Under the pieces are notes generated by a model. The model was not told the DNA's origin. It did no database searches and worked only from the letters and a program-made list of their open reading frames with translations. Below are positions 39,702-51,535 of a DNA stretch of 64,000 bases, piece by piece. Where the stretch lies: NCBI GenBank assembly GCA_964602525.1, contig CAZRSA010000001.1, positions 20,024 through 84,023 of the forward strand, given 5' to 3'. Source of the DNA: an uncultured Woeseiaceae bacterium (GTDB lineage Bacteria > Pseudomonadota > Gammaproteobacteria > Steroidobacterales > Woeseiaceae). The position numbers and the translations under genes are program-made. The first letter of the stretch is position 1. Every line of letters starts with the position of its first letter.

Positions 39702-41228
39702 ATGCCGCCCATTGTCCTACATTCCATCATGACTGACCTCCGCTCCCTGGCCGTCCGGACCCTGCTGCTGGTGCTGCCCGTCGCGGCGATGCTCGCGAGC
39801 GGCGGCCCTTTGCTGGCGGCCGGCGAACTGCCGGACATCGGCAGCCCTGCCAATGCCATGCTGCCGAAGTCCGAGGAGGCGCGCATCGGCCGCGCGATCA
39901 TGCGCGAGCTCAGGAACCGGGGCACGGTGGTCGAGGACCCCCTGATCAACGAGTACATCGAGGCCGTGGGGCACCGGCTGGTGGCCCACGCCAACGACGG
40001 CGAGCAGAATTTCGAGTTCTTCGTCGTCGAGGACCAGAGCATCAACGCATTCGCGCTGCCCGGCGGATTCATCGGCGTACACACCGGACTGATCGAGGCG
40101 ACCGAGAACGAGAGCGAGCTCGCCGGTGTGCTGGCCCACGAGATCGCCCATGTGACCCAGCGCCATATCGCGCGCTCTATCTACAACAACTCCCGCGCCA
40201 GCATCATTACGCTGGCGACGATGCTCGGCGCCATCCTGGTCGGAATGGCGGCCGACGGCGGCAGCGACGCCACCCAGGGCGCCATCATGGGCGCCCAGGG
40301 CATGCTGGCGCAGAACCGCATCAACTTCACCCGCCGCAACGAGTACGAGGCGGACCGGGTCGGGGTTTCGACGATGGCCGCCGCCGGCTTCGACCCCCAG
40401 GGCATGCCGGATTTCTTCGCCACCATCGGCAGGCGGGCGGGACCTTTCGCGAGCAGCGTGCCGGAGTTCCTGCGGACCCACCCCGTGTCCAGCAACCGGA
40501 TTGCGGAGACCCGTTCACGGGCGGCGAGCCTGCCCATCGCCGAGGTAGAGGAGATGACCGGCTACGGCCTCACGAAGGCCCGGATCATCGCCCAGGCACG
40601 CACCTCGCCCGCGAGCGCCCTGACCTACTTCCGGGAATCGGCGCCGCCGGGGGATGCCGCCCTTTACGGCGAGGCTCTGGTGCTGCTGCGCATGGACCGC
40701 CCGGCCGAGGCCCAGCGCATCTTCGAGCAGCTGATCGATACCAACCAGGATGTCATCGCCTACCATATCGGACTGGCGGAGGCCCAGCTGGCGAACGACA
40801 ACGAGATGGCCGCGCTGTCCACCTACGCCAACGCCCGCGAACTGTTCCCCCGCAACGTGCCGCTGATCATCAGCTACGCGGAGACGCTCCTGCAGCTCGA
40901 CCGGGGCACCATGGCTCACGACATGCTGCTGGACCTGCTGAACAACACGCCGCCCACGCCGGAACAGGTACGGCTCATCGCCCGGGCCGCCGTAGCCGCC
41001 GGCGAGACCGCCGAGGCCCACTACTATCTGTCCGAGTACAACATCATGATCGGGGACCTGGTGCGGGCCATCGGTTTCCTGTCGAGGGGCCTCGAGCTGC
41101 CGGAAACCGAGCCGATCCAGCGTGCGCGCTTCGAGGCCCGGATCGACTTCATCAAGGAATACCTGAGCGAGGAGCAGCTCAGGGAAGTGGCGCGGAACGA
41201 CCCCGGCCCGGAGCCCGGGGCCGGCTGA
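39702..41228 (+). CDS. bepA: M48 metalloprotease with TPR domain, BepA/YfgC-like beta-barrel assembly-enhancing protease
   Basis: INAFALPGGFIGVHTGL, HEIAHVTQRH zinc motif, EYEADRVG, then TPR-like C-terminal half. Signal peptide present. Confidence 0.8.
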   Translation: MPPIVLHSIMTDLRSLAVRTLLLVLPVAAMLASGGPLLAAGELPDIGSPANAMLPKSEEARIGRAIMRELRNRGTVVEDPLINEYIEAVGHRLVAHANDGEQNFEFFVVEDQSINAFALPGGFIGVHTGLIEATENESELAGVLAHEIAHVTQRHIARSIYNNSRASIITLATMLGAILVGMAADGGSDATQGAIMGAQGMLAQNRINFTRRNEYEADRVGVSTMAAAGFDPQGMPDFFATIGRRAGPFASSVPEFLRTHPVSSNRIAETRSRAASLPIAEVEEMTGYGLTKARIIAQARTSPASALTYFRESAPPGDAALYGEALVLLRMDRPAEAQRIFEQLIDTNQDVIAYHIGLAEAQLANDNEMAALSTYANARELFPRNVPLIISYAETLLQLDRGTMAHDMLLDLLNNTPPTPEQVRLIARAAVAAGETAEAHYYLSEYNIMIGDLVRAIGFLSRGLELPETEPIQRARFEARIDFIKEYLSEEQLREVARNDPGPEPGAG

Positions 41229-41239
41229 GGCAAGACGCC

Positions 41240-41599
41240 TCAGGACGGACCCGCGCCCTCCTCGCCGCCGCGGTCCTCGATGAATCCCACCCACCGCTCG
41301 CCAACGCTCAGGAGATCTTCCACGTCGCTGGTCTGGGCAATGTTGGTGATCTTCTCCGGAACGTTGCGGAAGTGGATCTCGCGCACAGTGTGATTGGCCC
41401 AGGTGATCCACTCCAGCAGCAGTGCCAGACCGGCACTGTCGGTCCTGGTGACCCCGCCCAGGTCGACCTCGAGCAGGGTGTGGTCGGCGAAGCGCTCCGT
41501 GGCCTCGCGCAGTATCGCCGCCACGGTATCGAAGCTCATCTCGCCCGCGACGGCGAAGCGGCCCTCACCCAGGTCACGGAACTCCCAGCGCTCGCTCAC
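41240..41599 (-). CDS. mlaB: STAS-domain protein MlaB (lipid asymmetry ABC transporter accessory subunit)
   Basis: STAS fold motif VDLGGVTRTDSAGLALLLEW. ATGA overlap with mlaC. Last gene of mlaFEDCB. Confidence 0.7.
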   Translation of the reverse strand: MSERWEFRDLGEGRFAVAGEMSFDTVAAILREATERFADHTLLEVDLGGVTRTDSAGLALLLEWITWANHTVREIHFRNVPEKITNIAQTSDVEDLLSVGERWVGFIEDRGGEEGAGPS

Positions 41600-42255
41600 G
41601 TTCGAGAGGATCCTTCCGCGTCGTCGGCGGAGCCGATGTCGTTGCCGTCGGCCTCGCGCATCCCGGCCTCCCGCTCCAGGCGCCGGATGACCGCCTCCAG
41701 CCCCTTGTCGGCGATCTCGGCGTTGAGCTCCGTGCGGAAGTTGCGCACGTAGGAGATCCCCTCCACCGTAACGTCATAGACCTTCCAGCCTTCCTCGCGC
41801 CTGACCAGGCCGTAGTTCACCGGCACCTCGGTGCCGTCGTCCAGCTTCACCTCGGTGCGCACCGTGGTGCGCCGCTCCTCCGGGTCGCCCCGGAAGGGCA
41901 GCACCATGACGCGGTCCTGGTCGAACTCCAGCACGCCGTCGGCGTAGCGCTCCAGCAGTGCCTGGTAGAACGCCTTAATGAAGCGCTGCTGCTGCTCCTC
42001 GCTGGCGGAGCGCCAGTAGCGGCCCAGCACGAGCTGGGCGGCATAGCGCCGGTCGAAGCGGGGCAGCAGGATCCGGTCGATCAGCCGGTACAGCTCCTCG
42101 CGATCCTCTTCGAGTTCGAGCTTTCGCCCCTCCAGCGCGCCGGCGAGTTCCTCCACGGCGGAATCGATCACGCTCGTGGGGTCTTCGGTACGGGCGACGC
42201 CCGGCACGCTCAGCAATATCCCCAGCATCGCCAGGGCCGTCATCCATGTTCTCAT
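41596..42255 (-). CDS. mlaC: phospholipid-binding periplasmic protein MlaC (Ttg2D/toluene tolerance family)
   Basis: Signal peptide. ILLPRFDRRYAAQLVLGRYWRSASEEQQQRFIKAFYQALLERY is typical of MlaC. Confidence 0.85.
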   Translation of the reverse strand: MRTWMTALAMLGILLSVPGVARTEDPTSVIDSAVEELAGALEGRKLELEEDREELYRLIDRILLPRFDRRYAAQLVLGRYWRSASEEQQQRFIKAFYQALLERYADGVLEFDQDRVMVLPFRGDPEERRTTVRTEVKLDDGTEVPVNYGLVRREEGWKVYDVTVEGISYVRNFRTELNAEIADKGLEAVIRRLEREAGMREADGNDIGSADDAEGSSRT

Positions 42256-42722
42256 TCGTCGCCTCCCGAACCCATGTTCACCAGGAATTTGCCGATCAGG
42301 TTTTCCAGCACCACCGCGGACTGGGTGAACAGCACCTCGCTGCCGTCCTCCAGATGCATCTCGGAACCGCCGGGCTGCAGTCCGACGTACTGGCTGCCAA
42401 GCAGCCCCGCCGTGAGGATGCTGGCGTCGGAGTCCTCCGGAATCCGGTCGTATTCGTTCTCTATGCGCATGGTCACGACCGCGTCGAGACGCTGCGGGTC
42501 GAACTCGATGGCGCTCACCCGGCCGATGGTCACGCCGGCCATGCTCACCGGGGCGCGCACCTTCAGGCTGCCCACGTTCTGGAAGCGGGCCGTCACCTCG
42601 TAGGTGTCGTCCTGCACGTAGCCGCCGATGGTGGTCGTCTGCGTGATCAGGAAGAACAGCGCGGCGAAACCCAGGAACACGAACAACCCGGTGCTTATCT
42701 CTACTGCTCTGGTCTGCTGCAT
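42252..42722 (-). CDS. mlaD: MCE-domain protein MlaD
   Basis: N-terminal TM segment then MCE domain (YEVTARFQNVGSLKVRAPVSMAGVTIGRV). Confidence 0.9.
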   Translation of the reverse strand: MQQTRAVEISTGLFVFLGFAALFFLITQTTTIGGYVQDDTYEVTARFQNVGSLKVRAPVSMAGVTIGRVSAIEFDPQRLDAVVTMRIENEYDRIPEDSDASILTAGLLGSQYVGLQPGGSEMHLEDGSEVLFTQSAVVLENLIGKFLVNMGSGGDE

Positions 42723-42735
42723 AAGCCCTGTACCT

Positions 42736-43500
42736 TCACATCAACGCGGCGGTAATCATGAAATCGAGCACCAGCACGGCGATGGAGGAGATGACCACCG
42801 TGCGCGTCGTAGCCCTGCCGACCCCCTCCGCCGTCGGCAACGCATTGTAACCCTCGAACACCGCGAGCAGGCTCGCCGCCACGCCGAACACCACGCTCTT
42901 GACCACACCCTCCATGATGTCGGCCAGCTCCACACTCTCTCTCATCTGCGCCCAGAAGGCGCCGATATCAACCCCCATCAGCACCACGCCCACCATGTAG
43001 GCCCCGAAGATGCCCACGGCGCTGAAGATGCCCGCGAGCAGCGGCATGGCAATGACGCCGCCCAGGAATCGGGGCATGACGACCCGCCGGACGGGGTCCA
43101 CCGCCATCATCTCCATGGCCGACAGCTGGTCCGTGGCCCGCATCAGGCCGATCTCCGAGGCGAGTGCGGTGCCCGCCCGCCCCGCGAACAGGAGCGCGGT
43201 CACCACGGGCCCGAGCTCCTTCACCAGCGACAGGGCCACGAACACCCCCAGCGCATCCTCGGAGCCGAACCGGGACAGGTTGTCGTGGCCCTGCAGGCCC
43301 AGGACGCCGCCCACGAAGAAGGCGGACGTGACGATGATGGGAAGGGACAGCGCGCCCGCGTTGTGCACCTGCTGCACGACGAGCGGGAAACGCCGCCAGA
43401 ACGCACGGGGCGTGGCAGCGACCAGGCGCAGGAAGAACAGCTGCAGCTGTCCGAACGTCTGCAGGAAACCGGCCAGCGCATAGGCGAGGTCACGGAACAC
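42736..43500 (-). CDS. mlaE: ABC transporter permease MlaE
   Basis: 254 aa. ELGPVVTALLFAGRAGTALASEIGLMRATDQLSAMEMMAVDP is the MlaE signature region. Confidence 0.9.
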   Translation of the reverse strand: MFRDLAYALAGFLQTFGQLQLFFLRLVAATPRAFWRRFPLVVQQVHNAGALSLPIIVTSAFFVGGVLGLQGHDNLSRFGSEDALGVFVALSLVKELGPVVTALLFAGRAGTALASEIGLMRATDQLSAMEMMAVDPVRRVVMPRFLGGVIAMPLLAGIFSAVGIFGAYMVGVVLMGVDIGAFWAQMRESVELADIMEGVVKSVVFGVAASLLAVFEGYNALPTAEGVGRATTRTVVISSIAVLVLDFMITAALM

Positions 43501-43504
43501 GGCC

Positions 43505-44320
43505 TCACTCGCCCTCGCGGCCCAGGAGCTGCTCCGCGTAGTCCGGTGCCGGGTAATGGAACGGCACGGGCCCGTCCGCCATGCCGTGCATGAACTGCTT
43601 GACGAGCTCCGAGGGCGCGCCGCTCAGCTCCTCGGGGCTGCCCGATGCCACCACCTTGCCGTCGGAGATGAGGTAGCTGACGTCTGCCACGGCGCTGATC
43701 TCCTCCACGTCGTGGCTGACGACGATGCTGGAGATGCCGAGGATGTCGTTCATGCGCCGCACGAGCCGGACGATCACCCCCATCGAGATGGGGTCCAGAC
43801 CCACGAAGGGCTCGTCGTAGATGAGGATCTGCGGATCCATGACCATGGCGCGGGCCAGGGCCACCCGCCTTGCCATGCCGCCCGAGAGTTCCGCGGGCAT
43901 CAGGGTGGCTGCGCCGCGCAGACCCACCGCGTGCAGCTTTGTGAGGACGATATGCCGGATCAGGCGGTCCGGCAGGTCGGTGTGCTCGCGCAGCGGGAAG
44001 GCCACGTTCTCGAACACCGAGTAGTCGGTGAGCAGCGCGCCGTTCTGGAACAGCATGCCGATCTTCTTGCGCAGCCGGTAAAGGCCGTCGCGGTTCAGTT
44101 GCGAGATGCCCTCTCCGTCGACGAGGATCGTTCCCCGGTCGGGCACGAGCTGACCGGTGATCAGTCTGAGCAGGGTCGTCTTGCCCGTGCCGCTGGGGCC
44201 CATGATGGCCGTGACCTTGCCCCGCCGGATGTCGATGTCCAGGTGGTCGAATATCTGCCGCTGGCCGCGTGCATAGCACAGCCCGCGGATCTCCACCACG
44301 TTTTCCGTCTTCTCGGCCAT
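43505..44320 (-). CDS. mlaF: ABC transporter ATP-binding protein MlaF
   Basis: GPSGTGKTT Walker A, LSGGMARRVALARA signature, ILIYDEPF Walker B. Start set at MAEKTEN. Confidence 0.9.
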   Translation of the reverse strand: MAEKTENVVEIRGLCYARGQRQIFDHLDIDIRRGKVTAIMGPSGTGKTTLLRLITGQLVPDRGTILVDGEGISQLNRDGLYRLRKKIGMLFQNGALLTDYSVFENVAFPLREHTDLPDRLIRHIVLTKLHAVGLRGAATLMPAELSGGMARRVALARAMVMDPQILIYDEPFVGLDPISMGVIVRLVRRMNDILGISSIVVSHDVEEISAVADVSYLISDGKVVASGSPEELSGAPSELVKQFMHGMADGPVPFHYPAPDYAEQLLGREGE

Positions 44321-44443
44321 ACCTGTCCCCGTGCCGGCGGGCGGCGCACCCGCCGTCGGGGCGCCGCGCAAGCGGCAGAGCATAGCAAAATCCCCTCGAC
44401 CGGACCCCGGGCAATGCCGCTCCGATCTGGCATCGCCGCCCAA

Positions 44444-44453
44444 TTAGTACTAA
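44444..44453. promoter_or_regulatory. AT-rich palindrome TTAGTACTAA in the mlaF/suf-regulator divergent region (candidate Rrf2 operator/promoter)
   Basis: Perfect 10-bp palindrome within the only AT-rich patch (44441-44470) of a 246-bp intergenic region. TATTAA lies 10 nt downstream. Confidence 0.25.
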
Positions 44454-44566
44454 AATGGTCCTGTATTAAGCGGAAAGGCAATCCGGGACTACCGGCAGGA
44501 AGGGCTGCAGCCCCGATCCGCGACCCCGAGTTGCCGCATCGATTATCCATCCGGAGCGCAACCGGC

Positions 44567-45043
44567 ATGCTGAGAATCTCGAAACTCACCGACTATGGCA
44601 CCGTGGTGCTCGCGCAGCTCGCGGACGCCGAGGAGCGGCTGCAGAGCGCGAGCGAGATCGCGGGCGCTACCGGGCTCGGCGGACCGACCGTCAGCAAGCT
44701 GCTGAAGCAGCTTGCCCGCGCCGGCCTCGTCGCCTCGGAGCGCGGCGCCAACGGCGGCTATCGCCTGGCGAAGGCGCCCGCCGATATCAGCGCCGCGGCC
44801 ATCATCGACGCCCTCGAGGGGCCGCTGGCCATCACCGAGTGCAGCGGTCAGGAGTCCACCTGCGAGCTGGAAGAGGTCTGCAGCGTCGGCAGCTCCTGGC
44901 AGCAGATCAACCTCCGGATCCGACGGGCGCTGGCCGACATCAGCCTGACAGAGCTGCAGCGGCCGCGGCCGGCCATCCCCACATTCACCCTCGTGCCGAT
45001 GCAACCGACCGTCGGCCGGGAAGACAACACGGACCCACACTGA
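44567..45043 (+). CDS. Rrf2-family transcriptional regulator (SUF-system Fe-S assembly regulator, IscR-like)
   Basis: [19 protein letters not shown] wHTH and GGYRLAKAP. Three-Cys cluster [14 protein letters not shown]. Immediately upstream of sufB. Confidence 0.8.
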   Translation: MLRISKLTDYGTVVLAQLADAEERLQSASEIAGATGLGGPTVSKLLKQLARAGLVASERGANGGYRLAKAPADISAAAIIDALEGPLAITECSGQESTCELEEVCSVGSSWQQINLRIRRALADISLTELQRPRPAIPTFTLVPMQPTVGREDNTDPH

Positions 45044-45050
45044 GCGAACC

Positions 45051-46499
<1,449 letters not shown>

Positions 46500-46511
46500 A
46501 GAGGACGACAG

Positions 46512-47269
<758 letters not shown>

Positions 47270-47273
<4 letters not shown>

Positions 47274-48583
47274 AGGCACCTTCCCTCGACGAGAAGCGGC
47301 TGCGGCAGGCGGTCGAGGCCCGGCCGGGGCCCGACTGGCTGGCCCGGTTTCGCGAAACGAACCTGCAGCGCTTTCTGGAGGCGGGGTTCCCCCACGTCCG
47401 CCAGGAGGACTGGAAGTACACCAGCCTGGCGCCGCTCGCCGATCTCAGCGACGACTGGCTGGCCGGCACCGCCGGGGCGCCGGGCGAGACGGCGGAGCGC
47501 CGCGCTGCCACGCTGGCGCGGCAGGTGCTCGGCGAGTTCGACGCGCACTCCGTCGTGTTCGTGGACGGCCGCCTGGATACCGACTCCCTGCCGGACGCTC
47601 TGCCCGACGGCGTCTCGCTCGCTCCCCTGCTGAAGACCGGTCTGCCGCCGAGCAGCGCCGCCGGCGCATCCGCCGATGCGATGACGGCGCTGAACGGCGC
47701 CCTGCTGACCGACGGTCTGCGCCTCACCCTGGCCGACACAGCGGTGCTGGACAAGCCGCTCTACCTCGTCTTCGTGGTCACCGGCGAAGCCACGGCCGTG
47801 GCCTCTCCGCGCATCGTGATCGAGGCCGGCGCGCATGCTCGGGCCACCGTCGTGGAGCATTATGCGGGCGAGACCGAGGCCCGCCGCTTCACCAACGTCG
47901 TGACGGACATCGTCCAGGACGAGGCCTCGCGCATCACGCATTACCGCCTGCAGCAGCAGCCGTCGCGGAGCTTCCAGGTGAGCCGGCTGCACGCGGCGCT
48001 GGCGGCCCGGGCCCGGCTGGACTGCCACAGCCTCGACCTGGGCGGCCGGCTGGTGCGCCACGACACCATGGTGCGGCTCACGGACCGGGAGGCGGCCGTC
48101 GCCCTGAACGGCATCTACATCACCGGCGGTGACCAGCACGTGGACAACCATACGCGCATCGATCACGAGGCCCCGGACACGCTCAGCAACGAGGACTACC
48201 GGGGCGTGCTGCGCGACCGCAGCCGGGCCGTGTTCAACGGCAAGGTGATGGTGCACAAGGGCGCCGACGGTACGGATGCGGCGCAGTCGAACCGCAACCT
48301 GCTGCTGTCGGACAAGGCGGAGGTCGACACCAAGCCGGAGCTGGAGATCTACGCCGACGACGTCAAGTGCAGCCACGGCGCCACGGTGGGCCAGCTGGAC
48401 GAGACCGCCCTGTTCTATCTGCGCTCCCGGGGCATCGACACCGAGGGCGCGCGGCACCTGCTGATCTTCGCCTTCCTGCGCGAGCTGCTCGGGCGCGCCG
48501 ATACGCCGGCGCTGGCGCGGCGGATGGAGCGCATGCTGATCGGCGGCCTGCCGGAATTCGACGAACTGGAGGCCCTGCTGTGA
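47270..48583 (+). CDS. sufD: Fe-S cluster assembly protein SufD
   Basis: ATGA overlap with sufC. C-terminal beta-helix block [35 protein letters not shown]. Confidence 0.9.
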
Positions 48584-49848
48584 GTATCCAGGCCGACCAG
48601 AGCAACCAGATTGCCGGCGATCTCGCCACCGCGGCCGTGGAGGCCCGGCGCTCGGATTTCCCGATCCTGTTCCAGGAGGTCAACGGGCAGCCGCTCACTT
48701 ACCTGGACAGCGCCGCCTCCTCCCATCGTCCCCTGCCCGTCATCGAGGCCGTGGACCACTACGAGAAGCACGATCACTCCAACGTGCATCGCGGCGTGCA
48801 CACGCTGAGCCACCGCGCCACCGAGGCGTTCGAGGGCGCCCGGGAGAAGGTGCGCGGCTTCGTGAATGCGGCGTCCGCCGCGGAGATCGTGTTCACACGC
48901 GGCACCACCGAGGCTATCAATCTGGTGGCAAACAGCTGGGGCACGCAGAACCTGGGCGAAGGCGACGAGATCCTGATCACCTGGCTGGAGCATCACGCGA
49001 ACATCGTGCCCTGGCAGCTGCTGTGCGAGCGCACGGGGGCGGTGCTGCGCGTGGCCCCCATCGACGATGCCGGCGCGGTGGACATGCAGGCGCTGGAGAG
49101 GCTGATCACGGACCGTACCAAGGTCATTGCCTTCTCCCATACCTCGAATGCGCTCGGCACCATTACGCCGGCGCGGGAGATCATCGCGCTGGCCCGCGAG
49201 CGGGGTATCGTGACGCTGTTGGACGGCGCCCAGGCCGTGCCCCACGGCCCGGTGGACGTGCGGGAACTCGGCTGCGACTTCTTCGCGTTCTCCGGGCACA
49301 AGATGTACGGGCCCACCGGTATCGGCGTGCTGTACGGTCGGGAGGCGCTGCTGGAGCGCATGCCCCCGTGGCAGGGCGGCGGCGACATGATTCTCACCGT
49401 CTCCTTCGAGGGCAGCACCTGGAACGAGCTGCCGTACAAGTTCGAGGCCGGCACGCCCAACATCTCGGGTGCGGTGGGCCTCGGGGCCGCGGTGGACTAT
49501 CTTGCCAGCATCGGCCCGGCGGAGGTGGCCCGCTACGAGACCGAGCTGCTGGCCTATCTGAACCAGGAGCTCGCCACGGTGGACGGGTTGCGCATCATCG
49601 GTACGGCGCCGCACAAGGTGGGCGTGGTCTCGTTCATGCTGGACGACATCCATCCCCACGACCTCGGCACCATCCTAGACCAGCTCGGGGTTGCCATCCG
49701 CACGGGTCATCACTGCGCCATGCCGGTGATGGAGCGCTACGGCCTGCCCGGTACGGCGCGGGCGTCGCTCGGTCTGTACAACAACCGGGAGGACGTGGAC
49801 CGGCTCGTGACGGCTTTGGGGCGCGCGAAAGAGATCTTCGGGGGCTGA
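48580..49848 (+). CDS. sufS: cysteine desulfurase SufS (group II)
   Basis: GTG at 48580 overlaps the sufD TGA. HSNVHRGVH, PLP-Lys context SGHKMYGPTGIG, active-site loop RTGHHCAMP. Confidence 0.9.
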   Translation: MSIQADQSNQIAGDLATAAVEARRSDFPILFQEVNGQPLTYLDSAASSHRPLPVIEAVDHYEKHDHSNVHRGVHTLSHRATEAFEGAREKVRGFVNAASAAEIVFTRGTTEAINLVANSWGTQNLGEGDEILITWLEHHANIVPWQLLCERTGAVLRVAPIDDAGAVDMQALERLITDRTKVIAFSHTSNALGTITPAREIIALARERGIVTLLDGAQAVPHGPVDVRELGCDFFAFSGHKMYGPTGIGVLYGREALLERMPPWQGGGDMILTVSFEGSTWNELPYKFEAGTPNISGAVGLGAAVDYLASIGPAEVARYETELLAYLNQELATVDGLRIIGTAPHKVGVVSFMLDDIHPHDLGTILDQLGVAIRTGHHCAMPVMERYGLPGTARASLGLYNNREDVDRLVTALGRAKEIFGG

Positions 49849-49850
49849 AC

Positions 49851-50306
49851 GTGGAGGAGCGCTCCACGGAGCAGCTGCGGGAACTCTACCGGGAGCTGAT
49901 CATGGATCATGCCCGCCACCCGCGGCACTTCGGTCGGCCCCAGCGCTACACCCACGAGGCGGAAGGCATCAATCCGCTGTGCGGCGACAAGCTGCACCTG
50001 TACTTGCGCGTCGAGGAAGGCGAGGTCCGCGACGCCGGATTCGAGGGCAGCGGCTGCGCCATCTCGATGGCGTCGGCGTCACTGCTGACGGAGACGGTAA
50101 CCGGCCACTCCGAGACCGAGGCGCTGGAAGCGGCGGCAGACATGACAGCGATGCTGCGCGGCGAGAAAGCCCGTGCGGGGCTGGGCAAACTGGAAGCACT
50201 GGCGGGGGTGCGGGATTTCCCGTCCCGGGTAAAATGCGCGAGCCTGGCGTGGCACGCCATGCGCGCGGCACTGACGAGACACGAAGGAAAGGTGAGCACG
50301 GAGTAA
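49851..50306 (+). CDS. sufU: SufU-type (NifU/IscU-like) sulfur-transfer/scaffold protein
   Basis: LYRELIMDHARHPRH, three Cys in NPLCGD / GSGCAIS / VKCASLAW, with about 58 residues between Cys2 and Cys3 (SufU-like spacing, longer than IscU). GTG start. Confidence 0.75.
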   Translation: MEERSTEQLRELYRELIMDHARHPRHFGRPQRYTHEAEGINPLCGDKLHLYLRVEEGEVRDAGFEGSGCAISMASASLLTETVTGHSETEALEAAADMTAMLRGEKARAGLGKLEALAGVRDFPSRVKCASLAWHAMRAALTRHEGKVSTE

Positions 50307-50860
50307 TGATGTTCGGCCATAACAGCGAACCGGTCACCCTCACCCGCGACGTGCGGGCGGTGATAATCCCCATGGGCGAGGAGGTGACGCTGCGCGAAGG
50401 CGCCTCCGCCTACATCACCCAGGCACTGGGCGGCAGTTTCACCATCTTCCTGGAAGGCAGCTTGTTCCGCATCGCCGGCGCCGATGCCGATGCGCTGGGC
50501 AAAGAGTCGGTGCCGCCGCCGCAAGTGCCGGAGGACGCCACCGACGAGGAGCTGGAAGCGGTGATCTGGTCGCAGCTGAAGACCTGCTACGACCCCGAGA
50601 TCCCGGTGAATATCGCCGACCTCGGGCTGATTTATCGTTGCGACATCAGCAATCTCGGCAACGGCGAGCGCCGCGTCGACATCGACATGACACTCACGGC
50701 GCCGGGCTGCGGCATGGGCGACATTCTGGTCGAGGACGTGCGCGAGAAGGTGTCCGTCGTTCCCACCGTGGCGGACGTGCGCGTGGAGCTGGTCTTCGAT
50801 CCGCCCTGGAACCAGTCGATGATGAGCGACGAGGCGCGGCTGCAGACGGGCATGATGTGA
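50306..50860 (+). CDS. sufT: SufT-like Fe-S assembly protein (DUF59/MIP18 C-terminal domain)
   Basis: TAATG overlap with sufU. CYDPEIPVNIADLGLIY ... TLTAPGCGMG is the DUF59 core. Confidence 0.75.
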   Translation: MMFGHNSEPVTLTRDVRAVIIPMGEEVTLREGASAYITQALGGSFTIFLEGSLFRIAGADADALGKESVPPPQVPEDATDEELEAVIWSQLKTCYDPEIPVNIADLGLIYRCDISNLGNGERRVDIDMTLTAPGCGMGDILVEDVREKVSVVPTVADVRVELVFDPPWNQSMMSDEARLQTGMM

Positions 50861-51408
50861 GCGAGCAGCGCACTCATCCTTCCCAGCCGCCGGAAGACCG
50901 GGAGAAGACGCTGACGCTCCTCAGGCACGCGAAGTCGAGCTGGAAGGACGACTCCCTGTCCGATTTCGATCGGCCGCTGAACAGCCGCGGCCGTCAGGAC
51001 GCACCCGGCATGGGCCGGCGGCTGCAGGCCGCCGGCGTGCGACCGTCGCTGATCGTCAGCAGTCCCGCGAAACGCGCGTGGAGCACGGCGAAGGAGGTCG
51101 CGCGGGTCATCGGTTATCCCCGCGAGTTCCTGCAGCGCGACGCCGATTTGTACCTGGCCAGCGCCGGCACGCTGGTGGAGGTGGCAAGCCGCCAGGACGC
51201 GGATTTCAATCACCTGCTCATCTGCGCCCACAACCCGGGACTCACCGACCTGGTGAACAGCCTGCTGCCGGGCCTCACGGATAACCTGGTGACCGGCGGT
51301 TTCGTCACGGTGGGCGCGGAGGCCAGGGACTGGCCCGAGTTCTTCACCGCCGAATTCCGGCTTGTCGCCTACGACTACCCGAAGAGAATCCACGACCGCA
51401 CCGATTAG
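50857..51408 (+). CDS. histidine phosphatase superfamily protein (SixA-like)
   Basis: LTLLRHAKS (RHG-type motif) and LICAHNPG (second catalytic His). GTG at 50857 overlaps the sufT TGA. Confidence 0.65.
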   Translation: MSEQRTHPSQPPEDREKTLTLLRHAKSSWKDDSLSDFDRPLNSRGRQDAPGMGRRLQAAGVRPSLIVSSPAKRAWSTAKEVARVIGYPREFLQRDADLYLASAGTLVEVASRQDADFNHLLICAHNPGLTDLVNSLLPGLTDNLVTGGFVTVGAEARDWPEFFTAEFRLVAYDYPKRIHDRTD

Positions 51409-51421
51409 CGATTAGGGCGAT

Positions 51422-51532
51422 TAGGTGCCGGACCGAACTTTCGCAACTTTTGTAACTTATTGAGCCTCCACCGGACGGCTTACCCGGCCTTGTGAAAGTT
51501 GAATAAGTTGCAAAAGTTCGGTCCGGCACCTA
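51422..51532. repeat. large imperfect palindrome with 20-bp perfect outer arms between convergent genes
   Basis: TAGGTGCCGGACCGAACTTT (51422-51441) is the exact reverse complement of 51513-51532. Inner arms TGTAACTTATT/AATAAGTTGCA also pair. AT-rich relative to its surroundings. Confidence 0.8.
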
Positions 51533-51535
51533 GTC

